Assembly (NCBI GenBank): GCA_964106645.2
Contig: OZ067051.1
Length of the DNA stretch: 64,000 nucleotides
Source of the DNA: Podarcis pityusensis
Taxonomy: Eukaryota
Strand: one strand, 5' to 3'
Below are positions 48,565 through 62,489 of this stretch, piece after piece (position 1 is the first letter of the stretch; each line of letters opens with the position of its first letter). The position numbers and the translations under genes were made by a program. Below the pieces are notes generated by a model. That model had not been told where the DNA came from. It saw only the letters and a list, made by a program, of their open reading frames with translations, and searched no databases.

Positions 48565-50496
48565 TATTTAGAACATGCCTATGTACATACTCCCCCTGAA
48601 TATGTGGTACCTTTTTGTGTTACGTTTCAGTCGTTGCAAGTGGCTTGTTGAGTCGCTGTTAACCAAGAAGTCCTTGCTCAGATAGGAAGTTGCTTGTATT
48701 GCCCCTGTGGGCCCCCCCCCCCCCAGTTGCATAGTCCCACAGCGATGTCTGGGCCCCACCGCGCGGCCTTTCTAGCAATGTGCATGGCTGAGACGGCTCC
48801 CAACCCCTGCGATGCGTGAGGGAGCCAAGGGTGGCGCTGAGGCCCGTAGCTGTTTCTCCACCCCCCCCCCCCCGCTTGGACAGAGCAGACGTTTCCAAGA
48901 GGGGAGCATTAATGGAATGCGTCTGCCTGGCCAAGCGCAAGCATGGCTGCAGTTTTTCAGAATGAAGTCAGACGCACTCGAAAGCGGATGGGAGTTTAAT
49001 ACTGGACATGCCTTTTGAATGCCAAGAAGTCAGCTGAGAAGACGGCACTGAATGGGGAGCGCAGGCGTGCCGGCTCTGAGCCAGAGCCAAAGCACCAAAG
49101 GGGCGAGCTGTGGGGCTGCCCATCCGCCATTTGTTTCACGATGTATTTGCTGAGGCAAGAGTGAGAGCAGAATAGCCTCTTCACATGTGTGCCGCATTAA
49201 TTTCCAGGCCATCTAGATATAGCCAAGCGAATTCAACGTTCTTTGTTTTTGTTTTAACCTCGTAAGTACATAACACTCTTCCTACGATTACCCCCCCCAC
49301 ACACACTTTCTTCCTCCATGGGGCAGCAGTCCTAATTATGTTCTCAAACCCCTTTCATTTTATCCTCCCAACAACCCTGCGAGGTAGCTTAGGCCGAGGG
49401 AGCAAGAGCCAGCGCACAGCTGACCTGCACAGATGGCAAGCACTTAAGTCCTTGTTAGGGAAGAAGGCAGGATATATATATTCGTCCTAATATATTTGTT
49501 CTCCAGGGGAGAAGACTCTGAACAAATCCTCTCAGGTGCTGTTCTCAGGGTTTGGGCAGGTTTATTCAGGAAAAGGCAGCCCTTGAGGTACTGAGGTCCC
49601 GATCCATGCAAGGTGCCAGAAGGTCAAAACCAATCCTTTGAAATGGGCTTGGAGACAAATTTGCAGCCAGTGGAGCTGGGCCAAAACTGTAGTCAGATGT
49701 TCAGACCTCCTGGTCCCAGGCAGTACACCGACCACTACATTCTGGGCCAGCTGGGTTTTCCAAACAGTCTTCAAAGGCAGCCCAGGGTATGTTGCATTGC
49801 AGTAGTCAAACCTAGACATCGCCAGCGCAGGATTGAGGAACCACTCACCGCCAGGCTGTCTGTCGTATCTGGACTGGCCCTCCTCCAGATCGTTGCTAAG
49901 GCCAGGCGCCTGGTTTTGCGCATCCCCCACATTCAAACCATGTGCCCTTCCCGTGACTTGGCTATGGCCAGCGTATGTGTGACTGTGAACTTAGCCGAGC
50001 CTTCCTTCTTGCATGTGTTAGCATTTTCCAAGCACAAATTGTTCACACACTTCCCATGTGATCCCTCAATGGGGCCACACACAGCTGGTTCGTGCGCTTG
50101 TTCGAAGAGGCAAATCCACCCTGGGGAGCTCCCTTTCAGTTCCCTACACAACTGCAAGGCACCATAATGCTGGTCCGTGTGTAGGAAGTGTTTGCTAATG
50201 GGCACTTTGTCCTAAAGGAGAAGGGGTTGAGGTGAACCCACCACCCTATAGACTATGTTAAGGAAATGGGAACTAGACTGGGTGCCGGCCGGGGTGGGGG
50301 CAATGCCAGTATTTTGTCAGCTGCCTTTTTCTCTAGGTTTGTGGTTCTCAAACTTTCTTCTCTGGGCCACACTCTCAGAATGGAAATTTGTTCACACCCC
50401 ACCAAATTTTTTATTGATAAGAAATGCATTGGAAAGCAAAAAGAAACAACCCCCAGCAGTGTTTGATTTATAACATAGAACACAACTCCTTTATAA

Positions 50497-51176
50497 TGTT
50501 ATAGGGAAATCCTTGGGCTCACTTGGATTACCAAACAAAGACACCAGCCAGGAATATAGGAGCAAAACAGCAGCCAGCAGGCCTGGTCTTTATTTTGAAG
50601 GACTGTTGCAACTGGACTTCCACCCACCGCAGGGGAGAAGCAGGAAGGAGCCCAGAACAAAGGGTGGCTCCCATTTTCATCAGCTTTACAAACCCCCTAA
50701 AATTACATCATGCATACTTCACAAAAACATCACAAATTGGGAAGGTCTGGTGAAAGAAACCTGAGCATCAGGTTTTTCTCCATCCTTCCCTCCACCTCAC
50801 ACTCATCAAGTAAGACAAAAGAAATATTGACAAGTTCCTGGTTGATCACACCTCTTTGTCCTGACCAAGAACCTCATCCATTCCTGGATGGTTTGCTACT
50901 GTCCACAGGATGACTGCCTGTTTTTGCACCCATTTGCCAGGATGCCAGCGATGATCTCTTATGCAAGAGGCTGATCCCAGGTTTTGGGGATTACGGCTGT
51001 CTTTTACCAGTTTCCCAAACCGCCCCCCTTCAGTAGCCATCTTTTCCCTGAGCAGAACAGTGTTGGAAGTTGTGTGGTGTCGTGTGTTATGTGGTGCTTT
51101 GAGGAGACATTGTGTGTGAACAACTGCGTCCTGGAGGGGCAACCCCCCCTCCATCATTATAAAAATTCCTGTAACA
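50497..51176 (-). mobile_element. Solo LTR (680 bp), apparently nested in a degraded hAT element (50339-51302)
   Basis: TGTTA...TAACA ends, 4-bp TSD ataa, minus-strand AATAAA at 50589; outer 8-bp repeat ctctaggt at 50331 and 51303. Confidence 0.8.
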
Positions 51177-52376
51177 ATAATATGTTCGTGGGGCACAGGG
51201 AAAGTATAAAACATTCAGCTACACTACACTACAATGAACTGTTTAAATGTTTCTTTGGTTGTCCTTGAATCTTCCTCTCCTGCCACCCTTTGAGAGTTAC
51301 CTCTCTAGGTCCTCAGTATACCTGTAGTGGGAGATGGAGCTATTATTCTTTCCTTCCAGAAGGTGAGCTGCTACGCACTAAAACTAGCACAGACTTACTG
51401 TAAACCCAGTCTCTGAAGTACTGGATCACAGTAGGGCTTCCAGGCCCTATTTATTTTAGCTGTGTTTCCTGGTCAGCCCAAGGTCTTCCTGCAGGATCTG
51501 GGAGGGTTCGTAAAAGCTGGCCTGCAGCTGTAAAGGCCCTTGAAACAGATGGCCATAAGGGGGCAGCCTAAGCTTGAATTTAGAGTGTATGTATTTGTCT
51601 ATGTATATTTTTGTGTGTGTGTGTGTATGTGTATGTGTGTATCCTCATTTGTTACTTACACACTTCCCGAAGTGTGGGGCTACAGAAAAGGGTTTCAAAG
51701 ATTATGCAGCAGAAGCTTATCATAGGTTTTTAGTTGCAGAAAACAAATCAATGATAAAATGATGCTATCAAAATTACCCCCAAATTATCTTTGCCAGAGA
51801 AAGGGCACGCTGGTAAGACTGAGCTCTCAAAACAGGCGTGCAGTTGTGTTAAGTGTGGGGAAAGCTGCTCTCTGCTTTTGTTGTAAACTGCATTGAGGGT
51901 TTTTTTCTTCCCAATCAAGCAGTGTATAAATTTATTAAATAAAGAAATAAATCAGTCCCACCGCCAGCTCTCTTTAAAGTGGCAGCAAGCAGAGTGGTGC
52001 CCAAGGAAAGGTGACTTGTGCAAATCCTACTCGATTGCCGCCTTCCAGGCTGGTGGTACAAAAATAAGGTCACAAAAGCTGCTTTTACGTTGCTTGATTT
52101 CCTGCACCTGCCTCGCCTTTAAACACTCTTAAATTCCCTGCTAGGAGCCCCAACTCCCATGTTCCACCCAGAGTCAGTTAGGTGGGGTACAATTATTATT
52201 ATTATCATTATTATTATCATTATTATTACTGCTGCTGCTGGTCATGCAGAGTTGTGGGGTGGATCCCCACTCCCCACCTCTATGTCAATGCCACCTGTGA
52301 CTAGAGAGGCCGTAGTCCCAGGTGGAAAGTGAAGGTGCCATCCTTCTCTGCAGCAGACATGACTCTCCATAAATAT

Positions 52377-52565
52377 CTTCTTCTTCTTTGGCGATCCCTC
52401 GTAGCCGAGTAAGATTGTCTTCCATAAACACGGTTTTAACAATGAGTCCGTAAGTGACTGTGGAGGCCAATTCTGGATCCACACGTCCTTCCACAGTGGG
52501 GACATTGGTTTCCAGGCGGGAGCTGATCACGGTGTGGATTCGCCAAGTGTGCCTAGCGTGCCTTC
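52377..52565 (-). mobile_element. Young 5'-truncated RTE-clade LINE
   Basis: Minus strand encodes a terminal zinc finger CPHCGRTCGSRIGLHSHLRTHC*; (GAA)n tail; perfect 12-bp TSD ctccataaatat. Confidence 0.8.
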
Positions 52566-54499
52566 CTCCATAAATATACACACAAACACATATTGTGAGT
52601 GAAGCTGCCTTTTATATTGAACCAGTCCTCTGGTTCTAAGGCACTCTTATTAGATGATTCTCAAAAGGTCACAAGAAGAGAGCCTTTTAGCCAGAGGGTC
52701 CAGGGATTGAAACTGGGGTCTTCTTGCATTAAGTGTGTGCCCTGCTGCTGAATCGTGGCTTCTTCCCTCCCATAGTTCTTGAGATTGCCAGTTTGGGGTA
52801 AACACAGGCCCAGTTGTTCATACTTTAAATAACTGCACACCTTGAAGCTGCTGTTCAACTGCTTTTCTTTGCGACCTGTTGCATTAGCTGCAATCGGGTT
52901 TTAAAAAAACATTACTGTTCCTTCCATTTTTATAAAACACATCCTGATGAATCCTAATTGCTTCCATCCCATCCTAATTGTTTCAAGGCTGACTCTTCTC
53001 TCATAATTCTGTGTTCATGTCCATAAAAGACATTACATATATACATAGACAAGCAAAAATGTCCACGTTTGCAATGTAATGGTAAGCCATGGTCTAAAAC
53101 AAATCCCACCAGCCTGCTGGTAAGAATATGAGAAGATAAGAAAAGTCTGGTTGGATTAGGCCAGTGGCCCACCTAGTCTAGCAGCCTGTTCTCAGGTCTG
53201 CGTGGGTGAAGCAAGGGCCATTCTCTCATGCACAGGAAGCCACAGTTTAAACGCTGTGCCTTAAAGCAGCTTGCAAACATGGCCGATGTGAGGAATACCT
53301 AATTATGATCAGTGTATCTGGATATTACTTTTCATTTGAAAAGTATTTATCCCAGACTCGAAACTGCCAAGGCTTCTCTCTCCTGTTCCTGGGATTGTGC
53401 AAAACACAACTGCCACCTTTTCCACAGTGTCAAGGGCAAATGGGGATAACGCAGGGCTTGGCATCTTGCCCTTTCAAGGTACAGACGGAAAATGCTTTGC
53501 TATCTGCCCTCTTTTCTCCTTTTTTGGAAAAGTGGTGTCTGTTAACACCTGGCCATGTATTTCAGGCAATGCAGCTGGTAGCATGCTCAAGGCCACTCTT
53601 AGAATAACCTCTCAGCACAATGGGCGATTCTTGTATTTTTATGAGCAGCGGTGTGTTTCCTCCCTTGTTTTTGTAATGGTACTCAGAGGAGAATCGAGTC
53701 TCCAAGAAAAGCACGTGGAGGGGCTCATCCACTGCAGAAGACAGGCAGTGGGATGCCCTGGCTGGCTGCGTCTTCACTTCCTCTCCCCTTGCACCCACCC
53801 CCAATAGGAACCTGGAAGCTGCCATACGCCAGGCCAGACCATTGGTCCTTTTAGCTCAGAACACCGACTGGCAGCTGCGCTCCAGGATTTTGGAGAGGGG
53901 CCCTTCGCAGCCGTGTCTGGAGATGCTGGGATTGCAACGGAGACGTTTTTGCACACAAAGCATTCGCTCCGCTGCTGAACGGATCCTGCATGGCCAGCCA
54001 TTTTTGAAAGGGGTGGGGAGTTTGTCCTGTGGGGCAAGTCAGCAGCTCCATGTGGGCCAGGCATTCCCCTAGCTCAGAGCAAGCTGCTGCAGGAGCCCAT
54101 TGCTGGCTCCTGGCTATGCCCTCTCCTTGGCCGCCTCTGCATTGTGAGTTGCTGCAATCCTGGCAGGGCTCTGCCACGTACAAACCCCACCACCTCAGAA
54201 GCATATGGGATGGGCTTTGTGCCATTAGGTAAGGCGCTGTCAAAATAAGGACTGACGGTTCAAGCTTCATTGTGGGTGTTGACTCTTGCAAAACACGCTG
54301 CGTCTTCTCAAACAACCGTCGCAGCGTGCGGACTCTTGAAATGAACAGCAATCCTAAAATCATTTGTAAAATTCCCTGTTGTGCAGCAGAAAGTTTTGTT
54401 CTTGAGGGATGCCCCAGATCCTTTCTCAGCCGTGAAGTTCACTGATGTTTAGCTCAGTCGTGCTCTCATCCTGACATGCCCCACAAAGATAACCTGAAA

Positions 54500-55050
54500 T
54501 TGCCACCTCCAGCCTCTGTAACGGAGGACTGGAAGGAGTCCCAAGTAGCACCATTTTTAAGCAAGGAATCCCACATGGGAGTGACGGACGTGGCACAAGG
54601 CCTCGTGGGCTAGAGTGGGCAGCTCAATGGCGACACCATAAAATTATGCACTGTGTGGAGAAAAGAGACAGAGAAAAGCTTTTCTCCCCCTCTCCTAACT
54701 CTAGAATTTGTGGGCCTTGAATGAAGCTGAACGTTGGAGTGTCATGTCGGATAAAATGAAGTATTTCTTCAGCAGTGCAATTAAGCCACGGGACCCCCTC
54801 TCACGAGGCAGTGATGGGCGCCATCTTGGGTGCTGTAAAAGAGAGTTGGACCAATAATAGAGGAGAAGACGATCGGTCACTACCAGCCAGGATGGCTGTG
54901 TTCTGCCCCCACAATGAATCCCAGTTGCTAGAGGGGCTTCTGGGCTCGTGTCCTGTGTTTGGGCTTCCCCCATGGGACTTCTGGTTGGCTGCAGTGGGAA
55001 CAGAACCATGGACTCTTGGGCCTGATCCAGCAGGTCTCTCGCAATGGCCT
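54500..55050 (+). mobile_element. Degenerate CR1 3' fragment
   Basis: Similar to 35030-35435. Confidence 0.55.
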
Positions 55051-58000
55051 TGTCCTCCTGAGCTCCTTGCCGAAAGGCAAACAGTACAAAAGTGGTTGCT
55101 GTTTTGCCCTCATATTAGCAAAGATGAGACAACCTGCATCCTTTTTTATATATATAAAGAAAAGACATTGGATTTGGTGCAAGTTGTCCCCCCACCCCTG
55201 CGAGCATCCCGAAATGGAAGTGAGAATGAGGACGGAAACGAAGGAGTTTGCGGAAGTCCTGTAGTTCCTACTTGTAGGAAGGGCTTTTGCCTTGACTTCT
55301 CCTTTCCAGTGAAAGTGGGGGTCATGCCTGGAACAGAGTGAGCTCAAGGTGTGGAGATTTCTCTCTCTCTCTCTTTTTCTGTGTGTGTGCATGTGTGTTG
55401 AACACCCAGAAAGGTTGGGGGAAAGTGGCTTGCAATCCCAGCTGCAAGACCTTGTTGCAGTGTTTTCGATTGTTATCATTCTGTTGTTTCCGCCTGCCCT
55501 GGGTGAAGAGGGCCTGAGAAACCCTACAAATAATATTTTTTTGAGAAACCGTTGCTTGCTTTTTGATAATTCTCCTCCTGTCACTCCTCTTGCTTGGAAT
55601 GCCCCAAAGCATTCCGTCTTAATGGATTTCTTGAGAAGGAGCCGGATGAAAGTTGATCAGCGATGCATTTAATCTAAGCTTGTGGAGTCAATAATGCCTT
55701 TGCAGAGCCAGCTGGGCACTTGAGACACTTTGGGGTGGGCAGGATCCGATGGAAGATGCAGCATTTTGCTCCCCGCCCCACACCACACGCTGCTGGTGCG
55801 CACACTCCTTGTGTGGCTCCTCCTGTGGAATAATAATTTAAAAACCCTTCCAGGCACCGAGCATCAGCTGCCCACTGCTTGGCGGAGTTTGGAAATTGCC
55901 ATCCCCTAAGCAGGGAGTAGGCCTTGGGATGGTCTTTTCGGTCCAAGCTTCCCCACATCCCAGGAATTGGATGTAACATAGAGGGTGGCCTTGGCTCCAA
56001 GCATTGCAGGGGGTTGGACTAGATGACCCTTGGGTTCCCTTCCTACTTCTATGAAATCTTTGAGCAAATCTGACTTGTGGCCATGCAGCAGAAAGAGGTG
56101 GGAGAGAGCTTCAGGCTGTCGGTGGTGTGGCCCAGTCTGCGCCCTGCCTAACTAGCTTTCTGCTTGAGGGGACTGTGGCTTAGTGTGCCCCCCCCCACAC
56201 ACCACACACACACACACACTGGGGAGCACTCATCAGTGCAATTGCCTCTCCTGCATGCCTGCAATGGCTCACTGAACCATTTGCCTGCAGCAGGAAGTGC
56301 ATCAGAACCGCCCGCAAGGAGCTTTGCCTCTTAGGGCAGGGGTTGGCATGGCCCTGAGAACCAGGCTTCCGCCTTTGCCTTGCTTGGGCAGCCCTGGGCC
56401 TCCCTGATCACTTTCAGGTGTACCAGAAATCCTGATGGTGCTGGCGCCAACCAAGCGGCAGAGGGCTGGACAGAAGCATGAAGAGCCCATGAAGCCCTCG
56501 CCATGCGTCCATGCGTCTCGCGATGGGAATGATCTTGGTGGTTTCCTGCCCATTTCTGGTGGGGCAGCGCTGCTGGTTTTGGGTGATGGGCCAGGCTTAT
56601 GCACAGGCCAGTGACCCCCATCTCTCTAAATAGCTCTTACGGGAACCCGTGGCCCTGCGAGTCTTCAAAATGCCTTTGACCACAACACACGGCAGCTTGT
56701 GGGACAATAGCTTTGGTTAAAAATTGAAATGACTTAAATATGCAACGTAACTAGGTTGGCGCTCAGTGCTTCTGCTACAGGAGGGTGGGATTGTTCGAAG
56801 TGGAATGCTGCTCTTCTGTGTAAAGGAGTGGAAAAATGTCTTTGACTGTAGGGATGACCCCCCCCCCCCATTCAGGTTGTGTCTTGTGGATTCATAGAAA
56901 ATTGCATGTTGGGGTGAGTTGCTTTGGGGCTGGGTTAAATAAACAAGCCGTTAATTTTCTCTCCATGGAAGCTTTGGCTGAAACTTGATTGGAATTGTTG
57001 GAATTCAACTTATCTAGTGCTGTTGGCTTGTAAATTGGACAAATTGCTGCGTTGCTTACTCAGCCCATCTCCTGTTTTGTTCGGTCTTTAATCTTGACTT
57101 TCCTGACCCTGAAACCTGAAGAAGTGTCAGTTCTCCGGTTTCAACTGAGCGTCAACTTGCTGTAAAGCACTTTGGGCTCTTGAAAAACACTGCATAGGTC
57201 GTTATTGCAAATTATTATGATGATTATTACATTTCCTGTCCACACTTCATTGATTCACAATCACACGGCACGTTAGATATGAAATCCTAAAAAGAGAAAA
57301 CACTTAAAGCATATTCATGAAAGGAATGGGAACAGACAGTAACGTAATTAAGGCAACCATACCATTCAAAAATTAAAAGCTGCGTTAATACGCTTATCCT
57401 ATTTAACTCCCACAAAAGCTCAGGTGCAGAGATGTGTTTTCAGTTGGTGCCAAAAGGCAAGCAGAGTTTGTGCCACCCACCCTGCAGAGGAAGGCGCATT
57501 CCACAAACCAGGTGCCACCACTGAGAAGGCCCAGACGCTAAGGAGGGAGGGAGTGTCGTTGGCCATTTGAATCTGGCTGCATCAAGGAGGGTGAGCGTTT
57601 TTAGCTATAAACTACTTGCATACTGCAGTTTCAGTTTTTTTAAAAAAATCAATGCAGTTTTAACTATTACATTCCTTAATTGTCTGTATAAGCTTGGCAG
57701 CACAGAAGAGTTTTCAGCAAACGTTTAAAAGTTCCTATAGAAGACTCCTGCTGGATCTCTGCTGGAAGAGCATTGCACCAGGAGTGGGCCAGAGACACTC
57801 AGCTGTGTCGAATGAGCCTCACCAGTTCAGGAGTCAAAAGCAGGGATGCTCCAACAGACGGTCTCAGTGACTGAACTGGGGATTGTAAGGGTCTAGTTGG
57901 TTCCTAAGGTAACCTAAACCGAAGTTTTTCAGGGCCTTGTAGATGAATGCAAAGAACCTTGCTTCCTAGTCCATGGGCAGCCAGTGTGGTTGTGCTGGAA

Positions 58001-58398
58001 GCAGAGGCAAGGCAGCAAGGCCTCTCCATCTGCTTGGATGTGACCAGCTGCTGTCTACTTATTTAGCAAATGCACTGCCTGCTTTTCAGCAACGAGACAA
58101 GCTGCCAAAGCAGGTCACAGTCCAATTTGGAGCAAGGATATAAGAAAGCATTGGAAATGTAGATGAAATCATTAAAATCAGCTGGCTTGAAACAACAGGA
58201 AAACCACAAACGGAAGCAAAATAAAATCAATACTGGGGGTGGGGGGGAGCAGTGGTGTTAAAGTGAGACCATGTCTCTGGCTATCGGTTCTGGCTGCCTG
58301 CTAAAATCCCCCAGGGCCTGTTCTCTCACCAAGAATCTCTGACTACCAGGAGCCTGGAATAAGATTGTAAGCTTGGGGTGGGGGGCAAGTTTCAAATA

Positions 58399-58764
58399 CA
58401 GTGGTACCTCGGTTTACATACGCTTCAGGTTACAAACTCCACTAACCCAGAAACAGTAATAATAATAATAAATTTTATTTGTATCCCGCTCTCCCCAGCC
58501 AAAGCCAGGCTCAGAGCGGCTAACATCATATAAATAAGACAATATGCATAATACAATATACAATATGCAAATAAAATAACATTCAACATTCAGTAAAATA
58601 ATATAAAATAATATTAAATATCAGTACCTCGGGTTAAGAACTTTGCTTCAGGATGAGAACAGAAATCATGCCCCCATTAGCTAAAGTGGTGCTTCAGGTT
58701 AAGAACAGTTTCAGGTTAAGAACGGACCTCGAACGAATTAAGTACTTAACCCGAGGTACCACTG
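58399..58764. mobile_element. Family A MITE interrupted by an L2 3' tail (58459-58621, minus)
   Basis: TIRs and TA flanks intact; insert matches the 3' end of the L2 at 20429; cagta repeated on both sides of the insert. Confidence 0.85.
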
Positions 58765-58952
58765 TACACTTTTCACATATTGTGGTGGTGCCCTCAAAAC
58801 CAGAATATACAGAGAACGGGTATTGTCAGAAATAGCAGAAATTGTTGGTTATGAATTTATAATATTGTTTGGTTATGTCAAAGAGGTGTCGCCCCTAGAG
58901 GACCCTTGAGATGATCGTTTTATCTTACTACAGTGGGCTTGTATATCAAACT

Positions 58953-59073
58953 TGACCCGGAAAACTTTCTGTGGACAAACGCCGGCTCCCTCGGCCTGAA
59001 AAGCGAGATGAGCACCACACCCCATAGTTGCCCTTGAGTGGACATAACCATCAAGGGGTTCTTTACCTTTACC
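58953..59073 (+). mobile_element. Sauria SINE 3' part
   Basis: gccggctccctcggcc...gcgagatgagc...ctttacctttacc. Confidence 0.8.
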
Positions 59074-62000
59074 ACGCTTGGAAAAAGCTCCATATACAGA
59101 TTGAAAACTGAAGGATGGATTTTAGATGGGTGTGTGTGTACCAATTATAGATACTGGTTATATATTTACAGATGTTAACTGCATACCGTTCTCAATCTGT
59201 CACTTCATATTGATTGATCTTGCAAATAAAACTGTGTTCAAGGGGAGTTGGTCAGGTGAAGCCTTGGGGTCTGAATCTGGTCTGAGTCTCAGGAAGGAAT
59301 GTGGGTGGGAGCAGATGAGGCTCTCCTGGGTGCTGGGCGGGTTTCAGGTTGCACCAGGACTGCTGGGATGAATAACTCACCACGGCTGATCTCCCAGTTT
59401 TAAAATGTAAAATCCAGCTGTTAGCCAGATATGTCTCCTTTCTTAGGTGAAACACACAGGTTTCTTGGTAGGTAGAATCAGGAGCACAGAGAAAACTGGG
59501 AAATTTTTATATTATGAAAGTGATAGATTAGTTTCCGGTCGTGTGCTAGGTAAAATGTAGTCTTGTGGCACCTTGAAGATGAACTCATTTTATACCGGAG
59601 GCTGCTTATTGTTCTCATTCTCAGAAAGTGAACATCGATTTTTAGTCCTGGGGCACTTCAGGATTTTGCTTTCACTGCCCTCCTCTTTATTAATCGGCTC
59701 CGTGGGCAGCTGAACCGCCCATGGTTCACCTTCATGCCGCGGTGCCCTGACCAACCTGACGCCTGGGATCCAACAGGCTGCACCCAGCTCATGATTCTGC
59801 CAGAAGGGCCCGTGGAGGCGGCTTCAGAGCCATCCATAAATGATTCGATTCGCATCTTCTGTTCTCTGTCAGCAGATTCATGGGGCTTGAAGTATAGCCT
59901 GATTTGGTGCTTTCTGGCCACCTCCTCTGCCTTCTGCTTCCCCTCTGCCCCAGCACAGCAACCGGAACCACATTCTCTGGGCAGGTAGAGCAAAGGGTGG
60001 AGGGTCAGTGGAGAGGGCCAGGATCAAGCGCGCTCTGGCTCCAAAGCTGAGACTTGTTTCTCACATTCTGTTGCCTCCTGATCTCTTCAGCATGGCTGAA
60101 AGAATGGAAACAAGGTGCAGGATTTTGCATTTCAAACATCGCTCAGGATTCACAGAACTGTAGAGTTGGAAGGGAGCTTGAGGGTCAACTGATGCAACCC
60201 CTTGCAATGGGACAGAGGCGATTATAAATCTGAGCACATAAACAAGGTACTCAGTCCCCATCACCGTGGCATGCTTCACAAAACAGTATAGCAGATAGTA
60301 GATTTATTTCGACTTTCATCTACACCGTCTCCAAGGCTCAGGGTCAGTTGTGGAAGCAAACAAGAGAATAAGATTTCGTCTAGTTCCGTGAAATTTCCCC
60401 ACTCTTCCTGTCTTAGCCTTGAGCCAAACCAAGGACAAGCGTGGAAAGATAAGATTTGGCAGCTCAGCTGAAAAGTTCCTTCAGCTTAGACTTCAGCAAG
60501 TCTTTGGCACACTGCCCTTTGGGGGCACAGCAGTAGTAGCAATGCTGGTCTTGATTTCCCTGAAAACCCCCCACTGTAGTGAAGCAAGCCTGGCTTTGCG
60601 CTGGGGAATCTGAACCGACCTTTCCCCTTTCAGTCCACACAGGAAGGCTTCCCGTAGCAAAGACGGGAGGCCAAGGGCTGCGAGACTCAGAGCAGGGTTG
60701 GACATAAAGCAAATGGGATCCTAAGTGAGAGGCAGAATAATAATCATTTTATTGTTTGCACCCCACACATCTGACCAGGTGGCATCTTTGGACCAGCCAC
60801 GTTCTGATAGTTCATCTTTGGAGTGCTTCATATTTCATTGCCTCTGTAGCCCATTTCACAGTGCTGATGCATGATTTCCATGCACGACTTCCCTCTCTCA
60901 TATCAGACAGCAAGTTTTCAGGCACGGATTCAATCTTGCTGCACACACAATTTGCTGACTAAGCTCTGGTGTTGTCATTTCTTTTGTGAATGATAGCAGT
61001 TTATTGCAGCACTGCCAGGTTGATTTGCCAGATGTACAAATCAAGACCAACTCTTCTGTTGTTCTCTTGGTGGTTGAGTAGATAGTTAAGGGGACCCACC
61101 GAGCCCCCTGCCTTTAAATCTGACTCCGAGGGCAGAGTCTGCTGCCTTCAGCCCAGGTCATTTGTGAGCAATATCCACAGAGGGGTTGATCGTCAGGAGG
61201 TAACTTCTTCTGCTGCACCAGTCAGCTGTGGAAACCGAAAGTTCAAGCCACGTGTGGGGCAGGAGGCAGAGGCCTCCTTGCACAACCTGCTTTCCCGCAA
61301 CAGGGCCATAAAAGTGAGTTGCGGATAAACATGGAACTTTTATTGCAGCGTTTGAACAATGGTGTGTATGTGCGATCTTTCCCTCTGCCCTGTGAAAGGG
61401 GGTGGGGGGCAAAAGCAAATACGGGTTCATAGGTCTTGGTCTGCCAGTCATACCAGCTTTCTGGTCCCTGGAAAAATCCCCTTATATGGTGAAGTGTAGA
61501 AGTGGACTTCTGGGGTGGCAACAAAGTTGGGGAAATGAAGGGCATGCACCCTAGAAGAACAAAAACCTCTTTCCTTGGAGGTTTTGAAGCAGACGTTGGA
61601 TGGCCACTTGTCATGGATGTCTCAGTTGAGATTCCTGCATTGCGGGGGGATGGGGGACGGGACGGGACTAGATGACCCCAGGGGGTAAGTTTCAACTCTG
61701 CGGTTCTAGGTGGTAGTTTTCACAGAGCATGCTGGAAAGGTTGAGGCTGTCTTGCTTCCTCCATCCGCATGCTTCCTATCGGAGGTGGAGGGGGCTGAAG
61801 AGTTCATAGCTGGTCATCTGGTGAGTTTGTGGCGAGAGTGACATTTGCAGTGGGAAGCTTCCTGTTTTGCAGCCCAGCCCTTGAGCCTTGCTGTGCTCTC
61901 TCTCCCCACAGAAGACCCTTGAACGCTGCATGAGATGGTGCCCACTGTTGTCTCGGGTCCCCGCCATGAGCTCAATGTTAGAAACTGAGATATGAAAGCT

Positions 62001-62489
62001 AGGAGCTAAATGGCACCTTAATTGTGGGTTATAGGAGCAACAATGGAATGTCTCTGCGCACTTTTTTATCACAAGAATACAAAGCTGAAAATGAATGATC
62101 TGCAGCTAAAATATTGTGTTCATTTTTCACATGGTCTAGTCCTCCCCCTGCCTGCCCCCCTAATATTCTGAAGAGGGTCTCTTCTCCAGTCTTTAGAGAG
62201 TGGGGAGGCAGAAAATGGTCCTGCTTTCCTTCCACTCTGAAGTTTTGGTATGAAATCTTAGGTGCAGCGCTGCACCCAGAGCTCAGAAACTGCTTGTGCT
62301 AATGAAATTCCCTGTTGCAAAATGCGCCTGGGACATTGGCAGTGTCAAGCACTGCATGAGCTTGTGACTTTGTGGATCCTCCTGCCCATCTCAAAATTAA
62401 AAATGGTTTGTGAACCACTGTATCCTTGCCAGCCTCTCCTGAGGCTTAAACACTTAAAACGCACACATTTCCCAAGCACTTTTCATATA

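Noticed and set aside
54281-54338. 9-bp stem hairpin between two gactcttg repeats
   Set aside because: Stem too short and ends asymmetric; not a credible miRNA or MITE.
58781-59384. Possible plus-strand LTR (tgtggtg...caccacg, AATAAA near 59226)
   Set aside because: No TSD, imperfect terminal CA and no second copy in the window.
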